This document shows, piece by piece, positions 8,665-18,466 of a stretch of DNA of 64,000 nt. Within the stretch, counting starts at the first letter, position 1. Each line of letters opens with the position of its first letter. Source of the stretch: Minisyncoccota bacterium (lineage in GTDB: Bacteria; Patescibacteriota; Minisyncoccia; UBA6257; UBA9933). Location: assembly GCA_041653755.1 (NCBI GenBank), contig JBAZEU010000003.1:18738-82737 (forward strand), read 5' to 3'. The notes under the pieces are model-generated. The model was not told the origin of the DNA. It made no database searches and worked only from the letters and a program-made list of their open reading frames with translations. Made by a program: the position numbers and the translations under genes.

Positions 8665-10993
8665 AAAACTTTTCGGCCGGCCTAATTTTTCTTTACTAAT
8701 AAAAAAAATAAACTCTCTCGAACCAACTCTTGAAAAATTATCCGATAGCGAGCTAAAAGCAAAAAACGAAGAACTCAAAAACAAATTCCAAGCTTCCGGG
8801 TTAAAAGAAGATTTTCTTCCTGACGCTTTTGCTTTAATCAGAGAGGTTTCCAAAAGAACTTTGAAGCAAAGACATTTTGACGTTCAGTTAATGGGCGGCA
8901 TTGCCCTTTCTCGCGGGCAAATTTCTGAAATGTTGACCGGTGAAGGAAAAACCTTAGCCGCAACAGCGCCGGCATATTTTCACGCTTTAACAAAAAAGGG
9001 AGTCCATATAATTACTGTCAACGACTATTTAGCCCGCCGGGATACTGTCTGGATGGGCCAAATATATGACTTTTTAGGCCTGAAAGTGGGTTGTCTTTGC
9101 CATGAAACCGCTTTTATCTATGATCCAGCATACAAACAGGAAACTAACCCCGAACTCGACAAAGAAAGAGATGTCTTGGGCGGCTTTAAGATTTTTCATG
9201 AATTTTTAAGACCAGTTTCCCGCCAAGAGGCCTATCGGGCTGATATTGTTTACGGAACCAACCATGAATTTGGCTTTGATTATTTGCGAGACAATCTAGC
9301 TTATAGCAGGAGCCAACAGACCCAAAGAAAACACTATTATGCCATTATCGATGAAATTGACAGCATCTTGATAGATGAATCAAGAACTCCTTTAATCATC
9401 GCCGCACCTGATTTAGAATCAAGTGATTTCTACAGAAAATTCGCCCGCATTGTCAGTTACTTAAAAGAAAACGAAGATTATACGATTGATGAAAAATCGA
9501 AAAGTGTTCAAATTACCAACGCCGGGATTGATAAAGTGGAAGAAATGACGAAGATACAAAATTTCTATGCTCCGGAAAATTTCCGCTTAGTTCATTATCT
9601 TGAAGAATCATTAAAAGCCAAAACATTATTCCATCGCGATAAAGATTATCTTATAAACGATGGCCAAATTTTAATTATTGATGAATTTACCGGTCGTGTG
9701 CTTCTGGGCAGACGTTATTCCGGCGGGCTCCACCAAGCCATTGAAGCGAAAGAAGGGGTAATTGTTCAACCCGAATCAAGAACTTTCGCTCAAATTACGC
9801 TTCAAAATTATTTTCGTCTTTATGAAAAAATTTCTGGGATGACCGGTACCGCTCAAACATCAGCTGAAGAATTTCACAAGGTCTATAATCTTGAGACAGT
9901 TTCCATTCCGTCAAATAAACCGATGATACGGAAAAATCTTCCCGATCTTATTTATAAAACTAAAATGGCAAAATATAAGGCCGTTATCGAAGAAATAAAA
10001 GATCGATATTCAGCCGGCCAGCCGATTCTGGTAGGAACGACTTCGGTGGAACAAAACGAAATTTTTTCAAAATTACTTACTGCCGCTGGCATCCCTCATG
10101 AAGTTTTGAACGCTAAAAATCATGAAAGAGAAGGAGAAATTATCGCCCAAGCCGGAAAATTAAAAGCTGTTACTGTCGCTACGAATATGGCTGGCAGGGG
10201 AGTAGACATAATTCTTGGCGGAAATCCTTCTACTCCTGAAGAAGCGCAAAAAATAAAGGATTTAGGCGGACTTCATATAATCGGTACTGAACGTCACGAA
10301 GCCAGAAGGATAGACGACCAGCTTAGAGGCAGAAGCGGTAGGCAGGGCGATCCCGGTTCTTCTCGGTTCTTTCTTTCTTTAGAGGACGATTTGATGCGCA
10401 TCTTTGGAGGAGATAGAGTAAGAAACTTGATGTCTGTCTTGAAAATCTCTGAAGACCACCCCATCGAATCAAAGATGATTTCGAAAGTGGTTACTGAGGC
10501 GCAGAAAAAAGTTGAAGGATTTAATTTTGACTTAAGAAAACATCTTTTGGAATATGACGATGTTTTAAACAAGCAAAGAAATGCCATTTATAAAAAACGC
10601 CAAGAAATTTTAGAGAAAATGTCGGAGAATAAAGCCGATGACATACTCGAAGAGTTACTCACTGACGATGAGAGCAATATTCCTGATAATTCGATAGATC
10701 AGGCCAGTCAGCAGGTTACTCCGCCCAAAGTAAAGCCGGAAGTTTTAGAAAAAATTAAAACCTTTAATAACGAACAAAAAAATATTCTTTGCCAGAAGAT
10801 ATTATCCGTCTTAGATATGCTTTGGATGAGTCATTTGGAAAATCTTGAAGCGCTTTCGGAATCAGTGCGTATCCGCGCCTATGGACAAAAAGATCCGCTG
10901 GTGGAATACAAATACGAATCCCGTGGGCTATTCAAAGACCTGCTTGATAATTTTAAAAACTCTATTAAGCAAAACATAGAGCAACTCATATAA
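8657..10993 (+). CDS. secA: preprotein translocase ATPase SecA
   Basis: 778 aa; SecA DEAD-like motor motifs (MLTGEGKTL, DEIDSILIDE, GTTSVE...), C-terminal scaffold region. Confidence 0.9.
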   Translation: MFKKLFGRPNFSLLIKKINSLEPTLEKLSDSELKAKNEELKNKFQASGLKEDFLPDAFALIREVSKRTLKQRHFDVQLMGGIALSRGQISEMLTGEGKTLAATAPAYFHALTKKGVHIITVNDYLARRDTVWMGQIYDFLGLKVGCLCHETAFIYDPAYKQETNPELDKERDVLGGFKIFHEFLRPVSRQEAYRADIVYGTNHEFGFDYLRDNLAYSRSQQTQRKHYYAIIDEIDSILIDESRTPLIIAAPDLESSDFYRKFARIVSYLKENEDYTIDEKSKSVQITNAGIDKVEEMTKIQNFYAPENFRLVHYLEESLKAKTLFHRDKDYLINDGQILIIDEFTGRVLLGRRYSGGLHQAIEAKEGVIVQPESRTFAQITLQNYFRLYEKISGMTGTAQTSAEEFHKVYNLETVSIPSNKPMIRKNLPDLIYKTKMAKYKAVIEEIKDRYSAGQPILVGTTSVEQNEIFSKLLTAAGIPHEVLNAKNHEREGEIIAQAGKLKAVTVATNMAGRGVDIILGGNPSTPEEAQKIKDLGGLHIIGTERHEARRIDDQLRGRSGRQGDPGSSRFFLSLEDDLMRIFGGDRVRNLMSVLKISEDHPIESKMISKVVTEAQKKVEGFNFDLRKHLLEYDDVLNKQRNAIYKKRQEILEKMSENKADDILEELLTDDESNIPDNSIDQASQQVTPPKVKPEVLEKIKTFNNEQKNILCQKILSVLDMLWMSHLENLEALSESVRIRAYGQKDPLVEYKYESRGLFKDLLDNFKNSIKQNIEQLI

Positions 10994-11052
10994 TAGGAAT
11001 AGCTCCTCTTTGATATATCTGAACGAAATTTGATATACTGGTCACTAATAGA

Positions 11053-11313
11053 ATGAGGATGGCAATTTTAGTTATTTTAGTGGTTGTTTTGATAGCCGTA
11101 GGTTGGCAGGTTTTTTCAATGGCAAAAGAAAACAAAAAAGTAAAAGACGAGTTTAACAAGCTGGCAAGCCAATTAGAAACGGTTAAAAAAGAAAATGACA
11201 CCCTAAAAGAAGAATTAGATTATTATTCAAAACCAGAAAACTTATTAAAAGAATTGCGTGCCCGATTTAATTATAAAATCTCTGACGAAAAGATGATCAT
11301 TATCACGCAATAG
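11053..11313 (+). CDS. septum formation initiator family protein (FtsB/DivIC-like)
   Basis: 86 aa, single N-terminal TM followed by coiled coil (LASQLETVKKENDTLKEELDYY), typical FtsB/DivIC architecture. Confidence 0.55.
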   Translation: MRMAILVILVVVLIAVGWQVFSMAKENKKVKDEFNKLASQLETVKKENDTLKEELDYYSKPENLLKELRARFNYKISDEKMIIITQ

Positions 11314-11381
11314 CGGAGTTCGTACCTGCCTGCCGGCAGGCAGGTAGTGGTAATATGTCCTTCTTTATGTACTAAATTTAT

Positions 11382-11452
11382 GCGAGAGTAGTTTAGTGGT
11401 AGAATAGTTCCTTCCCAAGGAACAGGTGGGAGTTCGATTCTCCTCTCTCGCT
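11382..11452 (+). tRNA. tRNA-Gly (anticodon CCC)
   Basis: cloverleaf folds by hand: acceptor GCGAGAG/CTCTCGC, D-arm GTTT..GAAT, anticodon stem GTTCC/GGAAC with loop TTCCCAA, T-arm GGGAG-TTCGATT-CTCCT; 71 nt. Confidence 0.85.
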
Positions 11453-11482
11453 CAGGTTAAAAGATTGCTGCGAGTAACGGAA

Positions 11483-12619
11483 ATGAAATACTTATCTATT
11501 TTAAAAAACAAAAACTTATCGAAAGAAACTTGCTTATTAAGGGTTGATTTGAATATCGAAGATATGAATCCAAGTAATCTCCGAATCCAAGCTATTTTAC
11601 CGACAGTTAAATTTTTGATCGACAAGGGGGCAAAAATAATAATTTTAAGCCATCGTGGACGTCCAAACGGAAAAAATAAGAAACTTTCACTAAAACCTTT
11701 CATGAAGATTCTTTTTAAATCACTAAAAAAACCGATTAGCTTCATAGAATTAAACGGCAAAGATTCAGCAAAAGTTAAAAACTCAAAACCGGGTAGCATC
11801 TTTTTGCTGGAAAATTTAAGATTTTTCAACGGCGAAGAAAAAAACGATCCAATTTTCGCTAAAAAATTGGCCGATTTAGGGACTTTTTATATTAATGATG
11901 CTTTCGCGGTTTCGCACAGGAAAAATGCTTCGATTGAAGCAATTACAAAATACCTACCGAGCTATGCCGGCTTTCAGCTTGAAAAAGAAATTGAAAATTT
12001 AAAATCAGTAATGGGAAAACCGAAAAAACCATTAATTCTTATTATGGGCGGAGCAAAAATCTCCGATAAGCTTTCCTTGGTGAATAGTTTTATTAAAAAA
12101 AGCGATTATTTTTTAATTGGCGGAGGAATCGCAAACACTTTTTTGGCAGCCTTAGGAATGCCGATAGGGGATTCGCTTTACGAAAAAGACATGACCTTAG
12201 AGGCAAGAAAAATATTAAAACAGGCTCCGAAAAAGATATTTCTGCCAATTGATTTTGCGGTTGATAAAAAACAAATTTTAGATATTGGAACGAAAACCGT
12301 AAAACTTTATGATAAAAAGATTCAATCTGCTAAAACTATTATCTGGAACGGACCAATGGGCAAGTTCGAAGACAAAAAATTTGCCAAAGGAACTCAAGAA
12401 ATAGCCAAAGCAATTCTACGAAATAAAAAGGCAAAAATCATTATCGGCGGCGGAGAAACTATCGCTTCGCTCCAACCAAAAACTAAAAACTACAAACCGA
12501 AAACTAACGTATTCCTTTCTACTGGCGGAGGTGCTATGTTGGAATATCTATCCGGGGAAAATTTACCAGGGATTGAAGCGTTACAACAAAATTCACTAAA
12601 AATCTATGGAAAACAATAA
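11483..12619 (+). CDS. pgk: phosphoglycerate kinase
   Basis: RVDLNIED...ILSHRGRP, GGGETIA, NGPMGKFE motifs; start moved to MKYLSIL (11483) because the longer ORF overlaps tRNA-Gly. Confidence 0.85.
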   Translation: MKYLSILKNKNLSKETCLLRVDLNIEDMNPSNLRIQAILPTVKFLIDKGAKIIILSHRGRPNGKNKKLSLKPFMKILFKSLKKPISFIELNGKDSAKVKNSKPGSIFLLENLRFFNGEEKNDPIFAKKLADLGTFYINDAFAVSHRKNASIEAITKYLPSYAGFQLEKEIENLKSVMGKPKKPLILIMGGAKISDKLSLVNSFIKKSDYFLIGGGIANTFLAALGMPIGDSLYEKDMTLEARKILKQAPKKIFLPIDFAVDKKQILDIGTKTVKLYDKKIQSAKTIIWNGPMGKFEDKKFAKGTQEIAKAILRNKKAKIIIGGGETIASLQPKTKNYKPKTNVFLSTGGGAMLEYLSGENLPGIEALQQNSLKIYGKQ

Positions 12620-13166
12620 CGGAAATTTGAATGAAAAAGAGGTAAATCTTGCTTTTGTCGACGTTGAAACAAGCGGACTTTCGTTGATAAACAGCGAACT
12701 TTTAGAAATCGGTTTAGTTTTAGTATCTCAACCTCATTTTAACGTTATTGAGGAATGGGATATAAAAATAAAACCTCAACATTTAGAAACAGCGGAAGAA
12801 GAAGGTTTACTGGTAAGCGGTTATAATGAAAGAGATTGGGAAGATGCCGTAGAGCTAGAAACAGCCCTTGAACAATTCTTGGAAAAAGTTCAGGGAGCAA
12901 TGGTTGTTGGCCATAATGTCAGCTGGGATCTAATGTGGTTAAGAAAGGCCATTGAAGAAAACGGATTTGGCAAAAAGTTCGCCCGAAGAAGCTTGGACAC
13001 AAACAGTATTGCCTATACCAAGCTTCAAGACAAAGCCTCTGAAATTAAATACTTCTCGCTTTCAAACTTAGCAAAATATTTTGGCATTGAAGAAAACAAC
13101 AAGCACCGCGCTTTGGCAGACGCTAAAACTACTTTCGAAGTTTTTAAGAAATTAATGGAAATCTAA
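12606..13166 (+). CDS. DEDDh 3'-5' exonuclease (DnaQ/epsilon-like)
   Basis: Exo I AFVDVETSG, Exo II HNVSWDLMWL, Exo III HRALADAKTT motifs. Confidence 0.75.
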   Translation: MENNNGNLNEKEVNLAFVDVETSGLSLINSELLEIGLVLVSQPHFNVIEEWDIKIKPQHLETAEEEGLLVSGYNERDWEDAVELETALEQFLEKVQGAMVVGHNVSWDLMWLRKAIEENGFGKKFARRSLDTNSIAYTKLQDKASEIKYFSLSNLAKYFGIEENNKHRALADAKTTFEVFKKLMEI

Positions 13167-13182
13167 ATCGTTTAGATAATAT

Positions 13183-14154
13183 ATGAAGTATGATATTTAC
13201 TTCCATAACGATTTAGACGGAATGGCATCAGCTGCCATTTTGTTTCATTTCTTAAAAAGCAGAGAAGATAAGGTTTTAAGTTTTTATCCCGTTGATTTCT
13301 TTTCCGTAACCCGGAAGAAATGGGCAAAATTAAAATTCGAAAATCCATCTGCCATAGTTGATTTTTTGCATCATCCCCAAGCCGAAATCTGGTTCGATCA
13401 TCATCCAACGACTTTCATAAAGCCGTCTTGGAAAAAAGATTTCCGGCATAAGAAACTAAATCACTGGGGAGTTATTTATAAATCATGCGCCAGGTTGATC
13501 GTAGAAAGCTTGAAAAAAGATTTTAACTTTAGGACGCCGAAATACCTGAAAGAACTCACTGAATGGATGGATAAGGTTGACGGATATTATTTCAAATCCA
13601 TAAAAGAATCCATTGATTTTAAAAAACCGGCCGTGAAGCTTGATCTATTGATAAGCAATTTCAAGCTGAATAATAAAATTATCGCAAAAATAATTTCAAC
13701 TTTGTCTTCTAGCCCTTTGAAAAATGTTCTGAAAATCAAAGAACTTCAGCCATATTTAAGAAGAATCGAAAAAGAGATAAAAAAATCGAAGAAGTTTTAT
13801 AAAACCAACATCAAAGTTATTAAAAATGTCAGCTTTATTGACGAAACCCAAAATGAAGCCATCAGTATAAGATCGCTCCTATATCATTTATATCCCCATA
13901 CTCCTTATTTTATAATCCTGCATCGTGAACGAGGTGGAGGAAAATATGCGGTGACGGCAGGGAAAAACCCTTGGTTAAAATCAATAAATCAAGCGCCTAT
14001 TGGAGAATACTTGAAAAAATTTAATGGAGGCGGGCATGACAAGGTTGGCGGAGCGGAATTCAAAACAAAAAATTTGGCTCTAAAAGCGTCAAAAGAAATT
14101 ACGCAATTCTTAAATAATCAATACAACAAAAACAATATCAAATCTAAGATTTGA
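13183..14154 (+). CDS. DHH-family phosphoesterase (NrnA-like oligoribonuclease/pAp phosphatase)
   Basis: DHH motifs HNDLDGMAS, FDHHP, and DHHA1 GGGH motif near C-terminus. Confidence 0.65.
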   Translation: MKYDIYFHNDLDGMASAAILFHFLKSREDKVLSFYPVDFFSVTRKKWAKLKFENPSAIVDFLHHPQAEIWFDHHPTTFIKPSWKKDFRHKKLNHWGVIYKSCARLIVESLKKDFNFRTPKYLKELTEWMDKVDGYYFKSIKESIDFKKPAVKLDLLISNFKLNNKIIAKIISTLSSSPLKNVLKIKELQPYLRRIEKEIKKSKKFYKTNIKVIKNVSFIDETQNEAISIRSLLYHLYPHTPYFIILHRERGGGKYAVTAGKNPWLKSINQAPIGEYLKKFNGGGHDKVGGAEFKTKNLALKASKEITQFLNNQYNKNNIKSKI

Positions 14155-14173
14155 TATATAAAGTAAACTTTCT

Positions 14174-14608
14174 ATGGAAAAAAGTAATACAATAATCGTT
14201 TATTGCGATGGGGGATCAAGAGGAAATCCCGGACCGGCTGCCCTTGGCATTGTCATTAGTTCGGAAAAAGAAGAAAAAGGATACAGCCATTATCTCGGAG
14301 AATCTACCAATAACGATGCTGAATATCAGGCAATTATTTTTGCGTTGAAAAAAATAAAACATTTGTTCGGAAACGAAAAAGCAGGAAAAATGATAGTAGA
14401 AATTAAAAGCGACAGCGAATTGGCAATTAATCAACTTAACGGAACAAATAAAATCAAAGAAAAAAATCTGCAAGAATTATTTGTAATGGTTTGGAATCTA
14501 AAACAGGACTTTAAAGAAGTAAATTTTTCCCATATCCCGCGAGAAGAGAACAAAAAAGCTGATAAGCTCGTGAATCAAGAACTGGACAGCCAAAAGGGAA
14601 TGTTTTGA
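14174..14608 (+). CDS. rnhA: ribonuclease HI
   Basis: IVYCDGGSRGNPGPAALGIVI, ...NNDAEYQAII..., HIPREENKKADKL match RNase H catalytic DEDD/His motifs. Confidence 0.85.
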   Translation: MEKSNTIIVYCDGGSRGNPGPAALGIVISSEKEEKGYSHYLGESTNNDAEYQAIIFALKKIKHLFGNEKAGKMIVEIKSDSELAINQLNGTNKIKEKNLQELFVMVWNLKQDFKEVNFSHIPREENKKADKLVNQELDSQKGMF

Positions 14609-14613
14609 CGATT

Positions 14614-14643
14614 TTGACAATATACAATAAATTCTGTTAAAAT
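14614..14643 (+). promoter_or_regulatory. putative promoter for RNase P RNA (TTGACA-17-TTAAAAT)
   Basis: consensus -35 at 14614-14619, AT-rich -10 at 14637-14643, positioned ~8 nt upstream of predicted rnpB 5' end. Confidence 0.4.
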
Positions 14644-14649
14644 TAGCGA

Positions 14650-15003
14650 AATCGGCAAGTCAAACGATAGCTCTTATCAGCTTTGTGCTGATAGGAGAGG
14701 AAAGTCCGGACACTCGCCAATTTGGCAAAAATAGTGGCTAACAGCCACCTAGCGAAAGCTAAGAGGTGCGATCAGAAACGTCCTGAGGCGAAAGCCAAAG
14801 GATAGCCCAATCCTAAGCTAGAAGGCTAAGCTCCACCATAGGGATAAGAAAGCGGAGATGAAACGGCTAAATTCCTTATTGAGTGCAAGGTCGTGTCGGG
14901 CATATAACTTGTTTATGTGCTTGGAGTACCGCAAGAGCCTGAGAGTAATCGAAGGCCCAGACAAATTATCGTATAAACAGAATCCGGCTTATGACTTGCC
15001 GGC
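14650..15003 (+). ncRNA. rnpB: RNase P RNA (bacterial type A)
   Basis: conserved P4 halves GAGGAAAGTCCGGAC (5') and ACAGAATCCGGCTTA (3'); P1 pairing cggcaagtca/tgacttgccg; GC-rich structured RNA; followed by terminator. Confidence 0.85.
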
Positions 15004-15006
15004 TTG

Positions 15007-15040
15007 CCCCGCACTAACTTAGTGCGGGGTTTTTGTTTGA
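15007..15040 (+). terminator. rho-independent terminator after rnpB
   Basis: ccccgcac-taactta-gtgcgggg followed by TTTTTGTTT. Confidence 0.7.
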
Positions 15041-15073
15041 AAATTCTCAAAAAAATGATACACTATAAAAACT

Positions 15074-16483
15074 ATGAAAAAATTAATCAAAAGACCAATT
15101 TTTATTATTTCCGTCATTATCGTTGTAGTAGTGGCAGGGTTGATAATTGTCGGGAATCTTAACAAGAAGCCCGTTTACCAAATCTCCTTAGTTCAAAAAG
15201 GCAATATCATCCAAGAAGTAAGCGAAACAGGGAAGATAAAACCAGCCGAAAGTGTTGATTTAACTTTTGATTACGGAGGCAAAATTTCGCAAATTTATGT
15301 AAGTGTAGGCGACAGAGTTTATGCCGGTCAAACATTAATGCAGCTAGAAAACTCAGATGCATATGCCCAAGTTCTTCAATCAGAAGCGAATCTAGAAACT
15401 CAGCAAGATAAACTCAATGAAGCTCAAAAAAATCTAAATAACGCCATTTTGGATAGCTACTCAAAAGCTATTGATGCCGTAAGGAACAAACTTGACCAAA
15501 TGTTTATTAAAAATGAAACAGTATATCAGGCCTCTTTAAATTTAAATTTTTATAATACTGGGGACTTCTCTATAAAATCAGATATAGAATCAAAAAGATT
15601 GACTATAGAATTAGGTTTAAGAAGTTGGAAAGCTTCTTTAGACAAGCTTAATAGCACCAGTAGCTTAGATGTTTATGCGTCAGAGGCAAAAACAAATCTA
15701 GGGCTGATAAGAGACCTTACCAATAGATTTAATGATTATTTTAACACCGTGGATTCGGTATCTTCGCTAGCAGTCAACTATTTAAGCGCTTATAGAATAT
15801 TGGTTTCTTCGGCGAACGCAGAAATCAACACTGCAATTTCTAGTATTCTGTCGGCAGAACAAACCAAGTCGCAACAATCCCAGATACAATCATCCGAAGC
15901 TAACCTTTTATCGGCCCAATCTCAGCTTTCGAAAACAATTTTAAAATCTCCTATTCAAGGAGTTGTCGCTAAGGTTAACGCTACTAAAGGAGAAATCATA
16001 AGTGCAAATGATGCAGCAGTCACAATAATTTCAGAATCAAAACTTGAAATAGAAACAAATATTCCGGAAGCGGATATCGCGAAAGTTAAAATAGGCAACG
16101 ACGCCAAAATTACCCTTGATGCTTACGGAAACGACGTAATTTTTAATGCCAAGGTTGCAGAGATTGACTTGGATGCAACAATTATCGAAGGTGTTCCAAC
16201 CTACAAAACTAAGCTTATTTTTACCGATAACGATGACAGAATTATTTCCGGGATGACTGCTAATATAACTATCACGACTATGACTAAAAACGACGTAGTG
16301 GTTATTCCTTATAAAGCGATTATTACGATAAATGGAGATAAATTTGTCGCTATAGAAACGTCAAAAAATAAAACAGAAAATAAAAAAGTTGTAATCGGCC
16401 TGCGCGGGTCAGACGGTAATATTGAAATTGTTGAAGGATTATCCGAAGGAAATAAAGTAGCCATCTATCCAACCTCTCAATAA
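15074..16483 (+). CDS. periplasmic adaptor / membrane-fusion protein (HlyD/MacA family)
   Basis: N-terminal TM, long coiled-coil region, C-terminal beta-barrel; immediately upstream of MacB-type ATPase and permease. Confidence 0.65.
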   Translation: MKKLIKRPIFIISVIIVVVVAGLIIVGNLNKKPVYQISLVQKGNIIQEVSETGKIKPAESVDLTFDYGGKISQIYVSVGDRVYAGQTLMQLENSDAYAQVLQSEANLETQQDKLNEAQKNLNNAILDSYSKAIDAVRNKLDQMFIKNETVYQASLNLNFYNTGDFSIKSDIESKRLTIELGLRSWKASLDKLNSTSSLDVYASEAKTNLGLIRDLTNRFNDYFNTVDSVSSLAVNYLSAYRILVSSANAEINTAISSILSAEQTKSQQSQIQSSEANLLSAQSQLSKTILKSPIQGVVAKVNATKGEIISANDAAVTIISESKLEIETNIPEADIAKVKIGNDAKITLDAYGNDVIFNAKVAEIDLDATIIEGVPTYKTKLIFTDNDDRIISGMTANITITTMTKNDVVVIPYKAIITINGDKFVAIETSKNKTENKKVVIGLRGSDGNIEIVEGLSEGNKVAIYPTSQ

Positions 16484-16500
16484 ATCGAGAAAAATTTGTT

Positions 16501-17220
16501 ATGGCTCTAATTGAAGTCAAAGATCTCGCAAAAATATATTCAAACGAAGGATTGGAAACTATTGCGCTAAATAAAGCTTCTTTCACTATAGATGAAGGCG
16601 AGTTTGTCGCGATAATGGGACCTTCAGGATCCGGTAAATCAACTCTTCTTCATATCTTGGGGCTTTTGGATAAACAGACAAAAGGGGACTATAAGTTTAA
16701 CGGTAAATCAATCGAAAATTACTCGACAGAGGAACTAGCTCATATCAGAAGCCAGCAGATGGGATTTATTTTTCAATCTTTCAATCTTCTGCCAAGAACT
16801 TCGGTTTTAGACAACGTACGTCTTCCTTTAGTATATTCGGGCAAGCCGGAAAAATTATGGGATAAAATCGCCCTAGATGCCATAGAATCAGTCGGTCTTT
16901 CTCATAGAATAAGTAATACTCCTTCACAACTTTCCGGAGGAGAACAGCAAAGAGCGGCTATCGCCAGAGCATTAGTAAATAATCCACGCGTAATTTTTGC
17001 CGATGAACCAACCGGAAACCTTGATTCGAAATCAGGGAGAATGATAATGGAAACTCTCCAGAAATTAAACGAAGAGAAAAAGCATACGATTATTTTGATT
17101 ACTCACGAAACGTTCACGGCCGAACATGCCCAAAGAATTATTCATATTTATGACGGGGAAATTATTTCAGATGAAAAAGTAAGAATCATAAGAAAAGCTA
17201 ACGAAGAATTTCACAAATAA
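16501..17220 (+). CDS. ABC transporter ATP-binding protein (MacB/LolD-type)
   Basis: Walker A GPSGSGKST, signature LSGGEQQRAAIARAL, Walker B IFADEPTGNLD. Confidence 0.9.
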   Translation: MALIEVKDLAKIYSNEGLETIALNKASFTIDEGEFVAIMGPSGSGKSTLLHILGLLDKQTKGDYKFNGKSIENYSTEELAHIRSQQMGFIFQSFNLLPRTSVLDNVRLPLVYSGKPEKLWDKIALDAIESVGLSHRISNTPSQLSGGEQQRAAIARALVNNPRVIFADEPTGNLDSKSGRMIMETLQKLNEEKKHTIILITHETFTAEHAQRIIHIYDGEIISDEKVRIIRKANEEFHK

Positions 17221-17221
17221 T

Positions 17222-18466
17222 ATGAATCTAAAATACAGCTTAAAAATTGCCGCCATTGGTTTGAAAACAAATAGATCTCGATCTCTTTTAACTATTCTCG
17301 GTATTGTCATCGGTATTATGTCGATTATTTTGGTAATGTCGCTGGGGAAAGGCGCTCAAGATCTAATTTTAGGAGAAATTCAAAGCATGGGCGCAAAAGT
17401 TATTGAAATACATCCGGGCCGAGAACCAAAAGGATTCAGCGACATCCTGCAAATGTTCGGCGATTCTTTAAAAGAAAAAGATTTAATCGCCCTTCAGAAG
17501 AAAGAAAATCTTCCTCACGCGAAAAGTGTGGAGCCATTGGTTTTTGGAGGAGCAACGGCTGTTTTCGAAAACGAAGCTAACAATATAAGCATTTACGGAG
17601 TAGGAGAAGAATTCATGAGAATGTTTAGCGTTGAGGTTAATAAAGGAAGATCTATAGACCAAGACGACGTAAAAAACCGCGCCGACGTGGTCATTATCGG
17701 TTCAAAAGTTAAAGAAGATCTCTTTGGCAACGATGAAGCTATCGGTCAAAAAATAAAAATAAAAAACAGGAATTTCAAAGTAATCGGAACATTAGCTAAG
17801 AAAGGGGGAGGTTCTATGGTCAATTTTGATGAAGTATCTTTAATCCCTTGGACTACGGCTCAACAGTATATTTTTGGCATAAAATATTACCAAGAAATTT
17901 TAGTTGAAGCCGAATCAGAAAGTTCAGTTGACGAAACAGTGCAAGACATCAAAATTACCCTAAGAAATTCTCACAACATAACCGATTCAGATCCAGAAAA
18001 AGACGATTTTAATGTTAGCACTCAAGCCCAAGCCATGGAACAAGTCGGAACCATTATGGGTATTCTGACTATGTTTTTAGCAGCGGTAGCGGCGATATCT
18101 CTCATCGTCGGTGGAGTAGGAATTATGAATATCATGCTTGTTTCGGTAACAGAACGAACTAGAGAAATCGGTTTGCGCAAAGCGATTGGTGCAACAGAAA
18201 AAGATATTTTAGCCCAATTTCTTTCAGAGGCAGTGCTCCTTACAATAATCGGCGGGCTAATTGGGATTATTCTTGGCGCTTTCTTCTCTTTTATTGCCTC
18301 TTTAATTTTAAGCAAAGTAGCTGGTCTTAATTGGACTTTTACCTTTCCTGTTTCGGCCGCTCTTTTAGGCTTGGGTGTCTCGGCCTTAATCGGATTGATT
18401 TTCGGAATCTATCCGGCGCGCAAAGCCGCTTTAAAAAATCCAATCGATGCGTTAAGATATGAATAA
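17222..18466 (+). CDS. ABC transporter permease (FtsX/MacB family, 4 TM with large periplasmic domain)
   Basis: N-terminal TM, ~250-aa extracytoplasmic domain, three C-terminal TMs; FtsX-like fold; adjacent to ATPase. Confidence 0.8.
   Translation: MNLKYSLKIAAIGLKTNRSRSLLTILGIVIGIMSIILVMSLGKGAQDLILGEIQSMGAKVIEIHPGREPKGFSDILQMFGDSLKEKDLIALQKKENLPHAKSVEPLVFGGATAVFENEANNISIYGVGEEFMRMFSVEVNKGRSIDQDDVKNRADVVIIGSKVKEDLFGNDEAIGQKIKIKNRNFKVIGTLAKKGGGSMVNFDEVSLIPWTTAQQYIFGIKYYQEILVEAESESSVDETVQDIKITLRNSHNITDSDPEKDDFNVSTQAQAMEQVGTIMGILTMFLAAVAAISLIVGGVGIMNIMLVSVTERTREIGLRKAIGATEKDILAQFLSEAVLLTIIGGLIGIILGAFFSFIASLILSKVAGLNWTFTFPVSAALLGLGVSALIGLIFGIYPARKAALKNPIDALRYE

Noticed and set aside
11426-11482. 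N-terminal extension of the pgk ORF (MGVRFSSLAQVKRLLRVTE...)
   Set aside because: Overlaps the 3' half of tRNA-Gly; the real pgk start is the internal MKYLSIL at 11483, which aligns with PGK N-termini.
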